From Alphaproteobacteria bacterium (GTDB lineage: Bacteria; Pseudomonadota; Alphaproteobacteria; MPNO01; UBA830): DNA of 64,000 bases. The stretch's first letter is position 1. Every line of letters begins with the position of its first letter. The position numbers and the translations under genes were made by a program. This document shows, piece after piece, positions 23,299 to 33,372 of this stretch. Location: the NCBI GenBank assembly GCA_965243135.1, contig OZ251539.1, forward strand, positions 864,001 through 928,000. The letters run 5' to 3'. Below the pieces are notes generated by a model. That model saw nothing but the letters and a program-made list of their open reading frames with translations. It was not told the origin of the DNA and did no database searches.

Positions 23299-23508
23299 AT
23301 GACCAAGAGACAGAAGCAGATTCTGGATATAAAACGGCTCTTCAATCACGGGCCGTCGCCGTTTCGGACATGTCAGTGGCCTTTCGGCGAGCCGGGCACG
23401 AAAGAGTACCGTTATTGCGGCGCGCCGACGTTCGAAGGGTATTCATACTGCGCGAAGCATGTCGAGATGGCCTATCGCGAACCCGAGCCCCGGCGCAAGG
23501 TTGCCTGA
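23299..23508 (+). CDS. Short GcrA-family protein (C-terminal domain only, 69 aa)
   Basis: TCQWPFGEP...YCGAP...YSYCAKH...AY matches the GcrA C-terminal Cys/His pattern; no N-terminal HTH. Confidence 0.8.
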   Translation: MTKRQKQILDIKRLFNHGPSPFRTCQWPFGEPGTKEYRYCGAPTFEGYSYCAKHVEMAYREPEPRRKVA

Positions 23509-23560
23509 ATCACTTGCGGCGAAGCCGCCGCGAAAGCGTCGATTCCGTTGCCGGACGCAG

Positions 23561-23584
23561 TTTCCCGGCGGAAGAGCCGGGAAA
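23561..23584. terminator. Putative hairpin or intrinsic terminator after mini-gcrA
   Basis: TTTCCCGGC-GGAAGA-GCCGGGAAA, 9-bp stem. Confidence 0.35.
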
Positions 23585-24009
23585 ATTCCGCGCAACCGGC
23601 GGCCGAGCGCGTTCCGGTTTTTTCGGACAACCGCGAGAAGCGCGGCCGCCCGCGCTTGCGAACATCGCCAGGCGCAACGATTTTTTCGGCGCGAGGCGGG
23701 GCGTTCGGGAAGCCTCGTCCGCGCTCGTCGTTGTCCGGACGAATCGGGTTATCGGATTCCCCGAGAGGTTTCGCGAGAGCGAGGCTCCGCCGCGGAACGG
23801 GGACGCGCGGCGAATCGTTGCCGGGGGCCGGAGGTTTCGAAGCCCTCCCATGCGTTTTCTGCGGAAGATCCCGTGTTTCAGGTTCCGGAAACCGGCGTCT
23901 GCGGGCCGTTTTCCCGATCGTTTCGCCCTGCGCCGCTCGCGAGAAATTACCGGTGACCTGACGCCCGCCGACGGTTAGGATCGGGACGTCGTCCAATCGG
24001 GAGGTGGCC

Positions 24010-24858
24010 ATGATCGTTCAGACTGCCGCCGGGAACGAGCCCCGCTTCGTCATCCGCATGGCGGACCACATGGCGTTGGCCGCGCGGATGGCTCGCGCTT
24101 TCGGAAACGAAAATTTCGAGCCCGTGGGACCCGGAGAGGAAGCCCATTACGCCATCGCCAACCACGACGCCGGATGGGCCGACCTCGACTCGCGTTTCCC
24201 GATCGACCCCGAAACGGGATTTCCCTACGATCTCGCCGAAACGCCCTTCGAACTCATCAGCGAGACCAGCCGGGGTTCGCCGGATTTCAACGAGCGCCAT
24301 CACCCGTTCAGCGGGCTGCTCTCGAGCATGCATTCCTGGGGACTGTACAACGGGCGCTACGGGTTGTCCGACATCGTTTTGCTGGACAGGGTCGCGGAGC
24401 GGAATCGGGAGGAGGCGCGGTCGATGCTGGACCGCGAGCTGCAGCGCCAGAAGCGGCTGAAGCGCGCGTTGCGGGAGAATCCCCGGACCGCGCCGTGGGT
24501 TTCCGAACCGGTTCTGATGAAGACCTACAAACAGCTCCAGTTTTTCGACACGCTTGCGCTGTATTTCAATCGAATCCACGAGGGCGCCCGCGAAGCTGCG
24601 GTCTTTCCCCACGTGCCGAAATCGGAAACCGAGGATGCCGACGTCGCCGTTACCCCGCTTGGCGATGCGGTCTACGCTGCGGCTCCCTATCCTTTCTCCC
24701 GGGATCCGCTGACGCTGGAATTCGAGGGACGTTACATGAAACGGGGAGAGGTGCGGACTGCCGGGGATGCCGCCTTGCTTCCGGTGGATTCGCAGAGCGT
24801 GACGCTGCGGTCGGCCCGGCCGGCCGGCGACGCGTCGTCTTGCGGGGGAGAGGAATGA
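24010..24858 (+). CDS. DUF3891-like protein
   Basis: DHMALAARMARAFGN, AIANHDAGW, LLSSMH and LQFFDTLALYF; GGAGG RBS. Confidence 0.7.
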   Translation: MIVQTAAGNEPRFVIRMADHMALAARMARAFGNENFEPVGPGEEAHYAIANHDAGWADLDSRFPIDPETGFPYDLAETPFELISETSRGSPDFNERHHPFSGLLSSMHSWGLYNGRYGLSDIVLLDRVAERNREEARSMLDRELQRQKRLKRALRENPRTAPWVSEPVLMKTYKQLQFFDTLALYFNRIHEGAREAAVFPHVPKSETEDADVAVTPLGDAVYAAAPYPFSRDPLTLEFEGRYMKRGEVRTAGDAALLPVDSQSVTLRSARPAGDASSCGGEE

Positions 24859-24898
24859 CCGCAAGGACGCGTCGCGTCGACAGGTTGCGGACCGCGCC

Positions 24899-25936
24899 GT
24901 GAGCGGCGCTGTCGAGGCGCGCAAGCGCGAGCATATCGAAACCGTCCTCAACGAAGATGTCGCGGCCAAGGGCGTTACGACCGGTTTCGAGGAGTATTTT
25001 TTCGAGCACGCAGCGCTTCCCGAAATCGATTTCGACGGGATCGATTTGTCCTGCGACGTTTTCGGGCGGAGGCTTTCGGCGCCGTTCATGATTTCGAGCA
25101 TGACGGGCGGCGCCGAGCTCGCGCGCGACGTCAACCTGCGGCTTGCCGAGACCGCCCAGTCCCTCGGGATTGCGATGGGAGTGGGTTCGCAACGGGCGGC
25201 GCTCGAAAACCCTGGTCTCGAGGATACGTTCCGGGTCAGGTCCGTGGCTCCTGACGTTCTGCTTTTCGCCAATCTCGGGGCGGCGCAGCTCAACTGCGGA
25301 TTTGGCGCCGAAGAAGCTCTCCGCGCCGTCGAGATGATCGGGGCCGACGCGCTTTTTCTCCATCTCAACCCGCTGCAGGAAGCCGTTCAGGAGGGGGGAA
25401 ACCGCAACTGGTCCGGGATTCTGGGCAAGATCGAGACGATCGTCCGCGCCGTCGACGTGCCGGTCGCGGTCAAGGAAGTCGGCAACGGGATTTCTTCCGG
25501 CGTCGCCCGGAGACTGGCGAATGCCGGAGTCTCGGCGATCGACGTCGCGGGGGCAGGCGGAACCAGTTGGAGCGAGGTCGAAGCCTTTCGACGGACCGAT
25601 CCTTTCGCTGCGCGGGTAGCCCACAGCTTCGCCGGTTGGGGCATACCGACGGCGCGGGCGCTTGTCGCCGTTGCCGACGCCGTTCCCGGCGTTCCGGTAT
25701 TCGCGTCCGGCGGCATTCGCTCGGGTATCGATGCTGCGAAGGCGATCCGGTTGGGGGCTTCCCTCGTTTGCATGGCGGCGCCGATGCTCGGGACCTCCGT
25801 CTGCGCGGCGGGCGCGACCGGGGAAACCATGAGGGCCGCGATAGAAGAACTGCGGATCGCGATGTTTTGTACGGGCAGCCCGACCCTTGCGCGGTTGCGC
25901 AAGGCAGTCCTGCTGAAAGCCGGACGTCGTGCCTGA
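24899..25936 (+). CDS. fni: Type 2 (FMN-dependent) isopentenyl-diphosphate delta-isomerase
   Basis: RKREHI, SSMTGG, GVGSQR, HLNPLQE, KEVGNG, GAGGTSW and GGIRSG. Confidence 0.95.
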   Translation: MSGAVEARKREHIETVLNEDVAAKGVTTGFEEYFFEHAALPEIDFDGIDLSCDVFGRRLSAPFMISSMTGGAELARDVNLRLAETAQSLGIAMGVGSQRAALENPGLEDTFRVRSVAPDVLLFANLGAAQLNCGFGAEEALRAVEMIGADALFLHLNPLQEAVQEGGNRNWSGILGKIETIVRAVDVPVAVKEVGNGISSGVARRLANAGVSAIDVAGAGGTSWSEVEAFRRTDPFAARVAHSFAGWGIPTARALVAVADAVPGVPVFASGGIRSGIDAAKAIRLGASLVCMAAPMLGTSVCAAGATGETMRAAIEELRIAMFCTGSPTLARLRKAVLLKAGRRA

Positions 25937-26639
25937 CGGCGAGCCGCCGCCGCTCCCGGTGCGCGAAGCGGGAACGACCGCGCCGCGGCCGAAGGACGCG
26001 GCGACCGTGATTGTCTGGCGCCGTCGCCGCGGACGAATCGAGGTGCTGATGGGGGAACGGCACAAGGCCCATTCGTTCATGCCCCAGCGTTACGTATTTC
26101 CCGGCGGTCGGGTCGACGCCGGAGACGCGCGGGTCAGAAGCGCGTCCGATATGGCTTCGACCGTGGCGGCGCAACTTGCGCGCACGACCCGGCCGGGCCG
26201 GGGCCGGTCCATCGTGACCGCAGCTGTCCGGGAAACGTTCGAGGAGACCGGCCTTCTGATCGGCGCGCGCGATCCGGAGCCGGAGAAGCCGGTTCCGCAG
26301 GGATGGGAGCGCTTCTTCGAAACCGGTCTCGCGCCCGCCCTCGACCGTCTCGTCTACGTCGCCAGAGCGATAACGCCGCCCTTCCGCCCGCAGCGCTTCG
26401 ACGCCAGGTTCTTCATGATCGAAGCGGACAAGACGCAAGGTCGCCTCCAGGGATCGGGCGAACTCGAGAAGCTCGACTGGGTTCCGCTCGGAGGCGCCGG
26501 CGGCATGGAACTCGCCGCGGTCACGCGCCGGGTTCTCGAATATGCCGGCGAACTGTTTTCGGGCGGCCATGTGCCTGACGGCAGAATCCCCATGTTCAGG
26601 TACGTGCCGAATGGACGCCATCTGTGCATCCTGCAATAG
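25929..26639 (+). CDS. NUDIX hydrolase
   Basis: VFPGGRVD...AAVRETFEETGL split Nudix box; ITPP..RFDARFF. Confidence 0.88.
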   Translation: MPDGEPPPLPVREAGTTAPRPKDAATVIVWRRRRGRIEVLMGERHKAHSFMPQRYVFPGGRVDAGDARVRSASDMASTVAAQLARTTRPGRGRSIVTAAVRETFEETGLLIGARDPEPEKPVPQGWERFFETGLAPALDRLVYVARAITPPFRPQRFDARFFMIEADKTQGRLQGSGELEKLDWVPLGGAGGMELAAVTRRVLEYAGELFSGGHVPDGRIPMFRYVPNGRHLCILQ

Positions 26640-26644
26640 GCTGG

Positions 26645-27397
26645 CTACATTTGCAGCACTTGGGGCCGCTCGCGCGCCAGCCGCCGCAGAAGAAAGGTCC
26701 AGCCGCGGTCGAACATCTTGTCGTTGAACAGGTATTCCTTGCTGCGTCGGCAGCCTTCGGCGGACGGCGGGTCCAGCTGACCGGCCGCCGTCGCCATAAG
26801 CTGGATTTCCGCTTCCCGCTCCATGGCATCCGCGAGAATGACGGCCGCCGGAATCGAGCGGGCCGCGGTGAGGAGGCCGTGATTCTTGAGCACCATGCAG
26901 GACCGGCCGCCGAGGCTTGCGGCCATGGCCTCGCCGGGCGCCTTGCCGAGCGCGACGCCGTCGTCCTCGTCGAAGAAGACGCACTCGTCGTGCAGCCGCG
27001 CGCCGCCCTGGGTGAGGACCCGTATGTTTTCGCCGACCGCGCTCAGCGCGGTTACGTGCCTGGCGTGGGTGTGAAGGATGCAGGTCACGTCCGGCCGGGC
27101 CGCGTATATTCGGGTGTGGATGTGGAGCGTCGGGTTGATGTCGACGTCCCCGCCGGAAAGGACGTTGAGCTCGAAATCCGCTTCGTGGATCAGCGCGGGC
27201 GTGACTTCGCCGAATCCGAAATTGTGGACGTGGAAGAAGAATGTCCCGGCCGCCGGCAACCGCGCCGTGAGATGGCTGCCCATGCCGCTCGGCTGTCCAA
27301 GCATGTCGACGACGTGGAAAGCGAACAGCAATTCCTGACGGAGCCGTTCGGGGCCCGGCTCCGTTTTCCGCATTTCCGGCAGGCGCGGATAGGTCAT
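26645..27397 (-). CDS. Class II aldolase/adducin family protein
   Basis: IHTRIYAARPDVTCILHTH and LKNHGLL. Confidence 0.88.
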   Translation of the reverse strand: MTYPRLPEMRKTEPGPERLRQELLFAFHVVDMLGQPSGMGSHLTARLPAAGTFFFHVHNFGFGEVTPALIHEADFELNVLSGGDVDINPTLHIHTRIYAARPDVTCILHTHARHVTALSAVGENIRVLTQGGARLHDECVFFDEDDGVALGKAPGEAMAASLGGRSCMVLKNHGLLTAARSIPAAVILADAMEREAEIQLMATAAGQLDPPSAEGCRRSKEYLFNDKMFDRGWTFLLRRLARERPQVLQM

Positions 27398-27410
27398 CCC
27401 GCTTCTCCTC

Positions 27411-27752
27411 TCAGACGAGACGGAGACGCGGGTTCAATGCCGCGAGCGCGTCGCGCAGCGTCGGGCTGCGCTTGATGCGTTGGCGCCCGTTATAGACGAC
27501 GAACTCGACCCGGCTCTCGGAGGGGCGGCGTTTGACGACGGAGCACGACGGCGACTGACTCGAGTAGCTGTACATGTGAAACGCCGCCATGCCCGGTTCG
27601 TGGCGAATCGCGTAATCCTTCCATTCTCCGTCGATGACCCGATGGCTGTAGACCGACAGGAGCTGCTCCAGTTCGCCGCGGTCGAAGCGAACGTCGCGGA
27701 GCGCGGGCCGATTCCGGGGTTTGTAGTCTGCGATGCGGAATATGGTCGCCAT
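27411..27752 (-). CDS. DUF2794-like protein
   Basis: FDRGELEQLLSVY...GEWKDYAI, a conserved alphaproteobacterial small-protein pattern. Confidence 0.75.
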   Translation of the reverse strand: MATIFRIADYKPRNRPALRDVRFDRGELEQLLSVYSHRVIDGEWKDYAIRHEPGMAAFHMYSYSSQSPSCSVVKRRPSESRVEFVVYNGRQRIKRSPTLRDALAALNPRLRLV

Positions 27753-27886
27753 TGACGCTCGCCCGTTCCTCCCGTCCGTTCGGCTCAAGTCTTTCCTATT
27801 TGCGGAACGAGGTCCAGACCCGCGACAAGTTGCTTGGTCGAATGCCTGTGGGTATCATGCCCGCGCGATCAAATTGGAGCGGCCCT

Positions 27887-28552
27887 GTGGGCGATATTTT
27901 CCGCGAAGTCGACGAGGAGCTGAGGCAGGAAGGCTACGAGAAACTGTGGCGCCGGTACGGAAAGTACGTGATCGGCGTTGCGGTCGCGGCCGTTGTCGCG
28001 GTTGCGGGATGGAAAGGATGGGAGTCTTGGCAGGCGTCGCAGCGGCATGCCGAGGGCCTGCGATTTCAGACCGCGGTTGCGCTGGCTCAGGAAGGCAGGA
28101 TGGAGCAGGCGGCGGCGGCCTTTTCGGCGCTCGGCGCCGGGACCGATTCCGGTTACGGGCTGCTTTCGCGGTTTCATCAGGCCTCCTTGGCGGCCGAAGC
28201 CGGCGACGCCGCCGCTGCGGTCGAGATCTACGACGCCGTTTCGGCGGACAGCAGGGTCTCCGGGTCGATCCGGGATGCGGCGACGATCCTCGCCGGTCTT
28301 CACGCGCTTCGGGTTTCGTCGATCCCGGCGGACGCGATCGAGGCCAGGATAAGCCCCCTGGCGGCGGCCGGAAAGCCGTTCCGGCATATCGCGCTCGAAA
28401 TTCTGGCCTTGTCGGCGCATCGTTCCGGCTCCGCGGAAAAAGCGTTGGCGAGCTACAAGTCCATCGTTGACGACGCCGGGGCGCCGGCCGGCATTCGCGC
28501 CCGCGCGTCCCGGATGTTGGACATCCTCGATAACGGAGAAACCGCGAGATGA
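27887..28552 (+). CDS. YfgM-like TPR membrane protein
   Basis: DIFREVDEELRQE, single TM helix, helical repeats; upstream of bamB-der. Confidence 0.85.
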   Translation: MGDIFREVDEELRQEGYEKLWRRYGKYVIGVAVAAVVAVAGWKGWESWQASQRHAEGLRFQTAVALAQEGRMEQAAAAFSALGAGTDSGYGLLSRFHQASLAAEAGDAAAAVEIYDAVSADSRVSGSIRDAATILAGLHALRVSSIPADAIEARISPLAAAGKPFRHIALEILALSAHRSGSAEKALASYKSIVDDAGAPAGIRARASRMLDILDNGETAR

Positions 28553-29853
28553 GAGCGCTCTGCGTGGTTTTGGCGGCGCTGCCGCTGGCAAGTTGCTCCG
28601 GGTGGTTCGGCGGTTCGGAAGAACCGCCGCTGCCGGGCGAGCGGATAGGGCTTCTGGCGGCGATCGGCGCCACGGAAGCGGACGAGGCGGTCGCCGGCCT
28701 GGAGATCCGATTGCCGGAGCCGGTCGAGAATCTGGAATGGCCGCAAGACGGCGGCGTTCCGGAACACGCCATGCCTCATCTCGCGATCGGCGAATCGCCG
28801 AGGGTCGCGTGGCGGGCCGATGTCGGTCGAGGAACGGGCGGCGACGCATGGCTGCTCGCGCAGCCGGTGATTGCCGGCGGGCGAGTCTTCACGATGGATT
28901 CCGGCGCGGAGGTTCGCGCCCTGGACGCGGACACGGGCGATCTGGCGTGGAGCCGCGAGCTGTCTTCCGACGACGACGGCATTCTCGGCGGCGGCCTCGG
29001 GGTCGCCGATGGCCGCCTGTACGCCACGACCGGTTCCGGGCAGGTGATCGCGCTCGACGCCGGCAGCGGGGAAGAGATCTGGAGAAAGAGTCTGAACGGG
29101 CCGATCAGGGCGGCGCCCACTATCCGCGACGGGCGAGTCTTCGCCGTCACGATCGCCAACGAGCTTTTCGCGCTTTCCGCCGACGACGGCCGCCAGCTCT
29201 GGACGCACGCCGGCCTCGCCGAGGTTGCCGGGCTGGTCGGCGGCGCGGCGCCCGCGGTCGATCGGGGCGTGGTGGTCGCGCCCTTCACGTCGGGAGAAGC
29301 CGTCGCGCTCAGGGCGGAGAACGGACGCGTCGTCTGGACGGAATCGCTCACGTCGTTGCGCCGCGCGGATGCGGTGACCTCGCTCGCCCATATTCGGGGG
29401 CGTCCCGTGATCGACGGCGGCCTCGTCTATGTCGTCGGTCACAGCAGGCGCACCGTCGCGATCGATTTCCGGACCGGCAACCGGCTCTGGGAAGCGTCCG
29501 TCGGCGGGCTGCACGGCCCTTGGGCCGCAGGGGATTTCGTGTACGTGATGACGCGGGAAGCGGAACTGGTGTGCCTGACGCGCGACGGCGGCCTCGTGCG
29601 CTGGGTGACGAAGCTGCCGCGTTACGAGGACGAGGAGGATCGCGAGGATCCGATCTTCTGGGCGGGCCCCGTATTGGCGGGGAACCGTCTGTTCGTCGCG
29701 GGAAGCACCGGAGAACTGCTGTCGATTTCCCCTGCCTCGGGCGAGGTCGCGGACCGGACGCGGCTTCCGGGTCCCGTGTTGATACCGCCGTCGGTGGCGC
29801 GGAAAACGCTCTACCTGCTTACCGAGGACGCGGAGCTGATCGCGTTCCGCTAA
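28549..29853 (+). CDS. bamB: BamB-like PQQ beta-propeller lipoprotein
   Basis: Lipobox LASC; repeated ALD..G...W motifs; synteny with der. Confidence 0.85.
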   Translation: MRALCVVLAALPLASCSGWFGGSEEPPLPGERIGLLAAIGATEADEAVAGLEIRLPEPVENLEWPQDGGVPEHAMPHLAIGESPRVAWRADVGRGTGGDAWLLAQPVIAGGRVFTMDSGAEVRALDADTGDLAWSRELSSDDDGILGGGLGVADGRLYATTGSGQVIALDAGSGEEIWRKSLNGPIRAAPTIRDGRVFAVTIANELFALSADDGRQLWTHAGLAEVAGLVGGAAPAVDRGVVVAPFTSGEAVALRAENGRVVWTESLTSLRRADAVTSLAHIRGRPVIDGGLVYVVGHSRRTVAIDFRTGNRLWEASVGGLHGPWAAGDFVYVMTREAELVCLTRDGGLVRWVTKLPRYEDEEDREDPIFWAGPVLAGNRLFVAGSTGELLSISPASGEVADRTRLPGPVLIPPSVARKTLYLLTEDAELIAFR

Positions 29854-29862
29854 AGCGCGTTC

Positions 29863-31194
29863 ATGAAGCCCGTAGTCGCCATCCTGGGCCGGCCGAACGT
29901 CGGCAAGTCGACGCTGTTCAACCGATTGGTGGGCCGCCGCGCGGCGATCGTCAATCCGGCCCCTGGAGTTACGCGCGACCGCAGGGAAGGGGAGGCGCGG
30001 CTCGGCGGTCTCGAGTTTCTGGCCGTCGACACCGCCGGGCTCGAAGAGGCGCCGGAATCGCAGGTCGAGATCGGAATGCAGATGCAGGCGCGGCTCGCCC
30101 TGCGGCAGGCCGACGCCGCCCTGCTGTTGCTGGATGCGAGAGCGGGCGTCCTGCCGCCGGACCGGTTCTTCGCCGACGAGGTCAGACGCAGCGGCACGCC
30201 GGCCGTTCTGGTGGCGAACAAATGCGAGTCCGGCAAGGCTGATTCCGGGCTCGCCGAGGCGCACGAGCTCGGTCTCGGCCCGCCGGTCGCGATAGCGGCC
30301 GAGCACGGAATCGGCATGCCCGATCTCGAGGATGCGGTACGGAACGCGCTTGGCGCGGTCTTCCCAGGCGAAGAACGGGAGGAGACGCCGCTGCGGCTGG
30401 TCATCGCCGGACGGCCGAACGTCGGAAAATCCACGCTAATGAACCGTCTTCTCGGCGACGAACGCGTGATCACGAGCCCCGAGTCCGGCACGACGCGCGA
30501 CGCGATATCGGCGCGGTGGGACGGAGACGATACGGTGTTCGAGTTCGTCGATACCGCGGGCCTGCGGCGAAAGGCGAAGGTTTCCGAGAAATTGGAAAGA
30601 CTCTCGGTCGGAGACGCGCTCGAGGCCGTGCGTCTCGCGCACGTCGTGGCGCTGGTGCTGGACTCGAACGAGATGCCTCATCGTCAGGACTTGACCATCG
30701 CTCGGCGGGCGATAGACGAGGGCCGGGCGATCGTGATCGCGGTCAACAAATGGGACGCCGTCGACGACGGACGGGCGGCGTTGCGGCGTTTGCGGGACAG
30801 GATGGAGAGGTCGTTGCCGCAGATCCGCGGAGCTCCCGTCGTCACGTTCTCCGCGCTTACGGGGAAGGGCGTGGACCGCCTTTTGCCGAAGGTGGTCGCC
30901 GCCCACGAGGTCTGGAACCGGCGGATCGCGACCGGGCCGCTCAACCGCTGGCTCGCCGGCATTGTCGACCGCCATCCGCCGCCGCTCTACAGGGGCCGCC
31001 GAATCCGCCTGCGCTACGTGACGCAGTCCGGAGTGCGTCCGCCGACCTTTGCGTTGTTCGCCAGCCAGCCGCGCGGCGTTCCCGAGTCCTACGTCCGTTA
31101 TCTCGTCAACGACCTGCGGGATTCCTTCGAATTTCCCGGCGTCCCGATCCGCATCGAGTTCGGAAGCCGAAGCAATCCCTATGCGCCTGCCTGA
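29863..31194 (+). CDS. der: Ribosome biogenesis GTPase Der
   Basis: Two G-domains (GRPNVGKST, DTAG, NKxD/E) plus a C-terminal KH-like domain. Confidence 0.97.
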   Translation: MKPVVAILGRPNVGKSTLFNRLVGRRAAIVNPAPGVTRDRREGEARLGGLEFLAVDTAGLEEAPESQVEIGMQMQARLALRQADAALLLLDARAGVLPPDRFFADEVRRSGTPAVLVANKCESGKADSGLAEAHELGLGPPVAIAAEHGIGMPDLEDAVRNALGAVFPGEEREETPLRLVIAGRPNVGKSTLMNRLLGDERVITSPESGTTRDAISARWDGDDTVFEFVDTAGLRRKAKVSEKLERLSVGDALEAVRLAHVVALVLDSNEMPHRQDLTIARRAIDEGRAIVIAVNKWDAVDDGRAALRRLRDRMERSLPQIRGAPVVTFSALTGKGVDRLLPKVVAAHEVWNRRIATGPLNRWLAGIVDRHPPPLYRGRRIRLRYVTQSGVRPPTFALFASQPRGVPESYVRYLVNDLRDSFEFPGVPIRIEFGSRSNPYAPA

Positions 31195-31227
31195 CCGGGG
31201 CCGACCGGTTTTCTTTCGCCGCCGCCG

Positions 31228-31929
31228 TCAGGCGCGGACGATTTCGCCGTGCCGCCGGCAATCGGGCGCCGCGAGGTCGACGAATACTCCGGCGACCGCC
31301 TCCGGCGCCTTCAGCGTCGCGGGGTCTTCGCCGGGATAGGCTTCGGAACGAAGGCGGGTTCTCGTAGCGCCCGGATCGACGAGGTTTATCCGCATGCCGG
31401 TGCGTCTCGTCTCCGCCGCCCAGCAGAGCGCGACGGCCTCGAGCGCGGCCTTGCCGGCCGCGTAGGCTCCCCAGTACGGGCGTCCGATCCGGTCCGACGT
31501 GACGAATATCGCGCGTCCCGCGTCCGAAGCTCGAAGAAGCGGATCCAGCCCGCGGATCAGGCGTCGATTGGCGTCGAGATTGACGGCCATGGCCCGGCTC
31601 CACAAGTCGTCGTCGAACTGGTGGATCGGCGCCAGCTCCCCAAGATATCCGGCGTTGGCCACGAGGATGTCGAGCCGGCCGAAGCGGTTCGCCAACGCGG
31701 GGCCGATCCCGTCCGCGGAATCCGGTTCGGCCAGATCGAGTTCCAGCAGGGTGGCGGCGCCGCGTCCTCCGCTTCGGATGGCGTCGTCGACGTCCTCGAG
31801 GCCGCCGCGGGTGCGCGCCGCCAGCACGACGCGCGCGCCTTCGGCGGCGAAGCGAACCGCCACGGCGGCGCCGATGCCTCTCGACGCCCCGGTTATCAGC
31901 GCGACGCGCCCCGACAGGATTCCGGTCAC
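31228..31929 (-). CDS. SDR oxidoreductase (YciK-like)
   Basis: TGASRGIG, YAAGK and PGATRT; GTGA overlap with purF. Confidence 0.88.
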   Translation of the reverse strand: MTGILSGRVALITGASRGIGAAVAVRFAAEGARVVLAARTRGGLEDVDDAIRSGGRGAATLLELDLAEPDSADGIGPALANRFGRLDILVANAGYLGELAPIHQFDDDLWSRAMAVNLDANRRLIRGLDPLLRASDAGRAIFVTSDRIGRPYWGAYAAGKAALEAVALCWAAETRRTGMRINLVDPGATRTRLRSEAYPGEDPATLKAPEAVAGVFVDLAAPDCRRHGEIVRA

Positions 31930-33371
31930 GCCAGCTGGGTCAGGAAGGAGAGCTGGAGGTCTTCCGCGGGCCGATCCGACGGCGCGACCGGGTATTCGCC
32001 CGAGAAGCAGGCGTCGCAATACTGCGGACAAGCGGGATCCCGGCGTTCCTCGCCCATCGCGCGGTACAGGCCGTCCATCGACAGGAAGGCCAGGCTGTCG
32101 ACGCCGATGATGTCCGCCATCTCGTCGACGCTGTGGCAGGCGCTGAGGAGCTGCTCCCGCCGCGGCGTGTCCACGCCGTAGAAGCAGGGGTGAGCGGTCG
32201 GCGGACTCGCGATTCGCATGTGAACCTCGGTCGCGCCCGCCGACCGGACCATTTCGACGATCTTCGTCGAGGTGGTTCCGCGGACGATGCTGTCGTCGAC
32301 CAGCACGACGCGCTTGCCGCGAAGCGCCTCGTCGTTGGCGTTGTGCTTGAGCTTGACTCCGAGGTGCCGGATGCGGTCGGTGGGCTCGATGAACGTCCGG
32401 CCGACGTAATGATTGCGGATGATGCCGAGTTCGTAGGGCAGGCCGGCCTGCCGGGCGTAGCCGAGCGCGGCGGGAACTCCGGAATCCGGCACCGGGACGA
32501 CCGCGTCGGCCGCGACGGGAGATTCCATGGCGAGTTCGGCGCCGATCCTTCTTCTGGCTTCGTAGACGTTCCGGCCTTCGAGCCTGCTGTCCGGCCGCGC
32601 GAAATAGACGTACTCGAATATGCAGAACCGCCGGGACCTGGATTCGAACGGGCGCAGGGACCGCGCCCCGTCGGCGTCGATCAGCAGCATTTCTCCGGGT
32701 TCGACGTCCCGGACGCGTTCCGCGCCGATGATGTCGAAGGCGCATGTTTCCGACGCCAGGACATGCGCGTTTTCGAGGCGGCCGAGCGCCAGGGGCCGGA
32801 CGCCGTGCGGATCCCGTATGCCGATCAGGGTGTCGTTGTGAAGCGCGACCAGGGAATACGCGCCTTCGACCTGGCGAAGCGCCGCGACGATGCGGTCCTC
32901 CACCGCGCCGAATTCCGCGGTGGCGATCAGGTGGACGATGACTTCGGTGTCGGTCGACGACTGGAAGAGGCAGCCGCGCTTCACGAGCGCGTCCTTCAGC
33001 GTCAGCGCATTGGTGAGGTTGCCGTTATGGGCGATCGCGAAGCCGCCGGAGGCGAACTCCGCGAACAGGGGCTGGATATTGCGGGCGATGGTCGCGCCCG
33101 TGGTCGCGTAGCGGTTGTGCCCGATGCCCGTGTCGCCGGGCAGGCGGCCGATGACGTCCCCGTCGCCGAAATTCTCCCCGACGCCGCCGAGCGCGCGATG
33201 TCCGAAGAACCGTCCGTCCCGAAAGGTGACGATGCCGGCCGCTTCCTGTCCCCGGTGCTGGAGCGCGTGCAGCCCGAGAGCGATGAGCGCGGCGGCGTCC
33301 TCGTGGCCGTGAATGCCGAAGACTCCGCATTTTTCGCGCAGGCCGTCGAACGAAGCGGGCGTCGCCGGCAT
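31926..33371 (-). CDS. purF: Amidophosphoribosyltransferase
   Basis: Propeptide then CGVFG; QHRGQE, HNGNL and VDDSIVRGTT. Confidence 0.97.
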   Translation of the reverse strand: MPATPASFDGLREKCGVFGIHGHEDAAALIALGLHALQHRGQEAAGIVTFRDGRFFGHRALGGVGENFGDGDVIGRLPGDTGIGHNRYATTGATIARNIQPLFAEFASGGFAIAHNGNLTNALTLKDALVKRGCLFQSSTDTEVIVHLIATAEFGAVEDRIVAALRQVEGAYSLVALHNDTLIGIRDPHGVRPLALGRLENAHVLASETCAFDIIGAERVRDVEPGEMLLIDADGARSLRPFESRSRRFCIFEYVYFARPDSRLEGRNVYEARRRIGAELAMESPVAADAVVPVPDSGVPAALGYARQAGLPYELGIIRNHYVGRTFIEPTDRIRHLGVKLKHNANDEALRGKRVVLVDDSIVRGTTSTKIVEMVRSAGATEVHMRIASPPTAHPCFYGVDTPRREQLLSACHSVDEMADIIGVDSLAFLSMDGLYRAMGEERRDPACPQYCDACFSGEYPVAPSDRPAEDLQLSFLTQLA

Positions 33372-33372
33372 C

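Noticed and set aside
23510-24000. ncRNA or MITE in long GC-rich spacers (also 22930-23230, 53200-53540, 54320-54600)
   Set aside because: Only short hairpins; no shared repeat or known riboswitch motif could be supported by eye.
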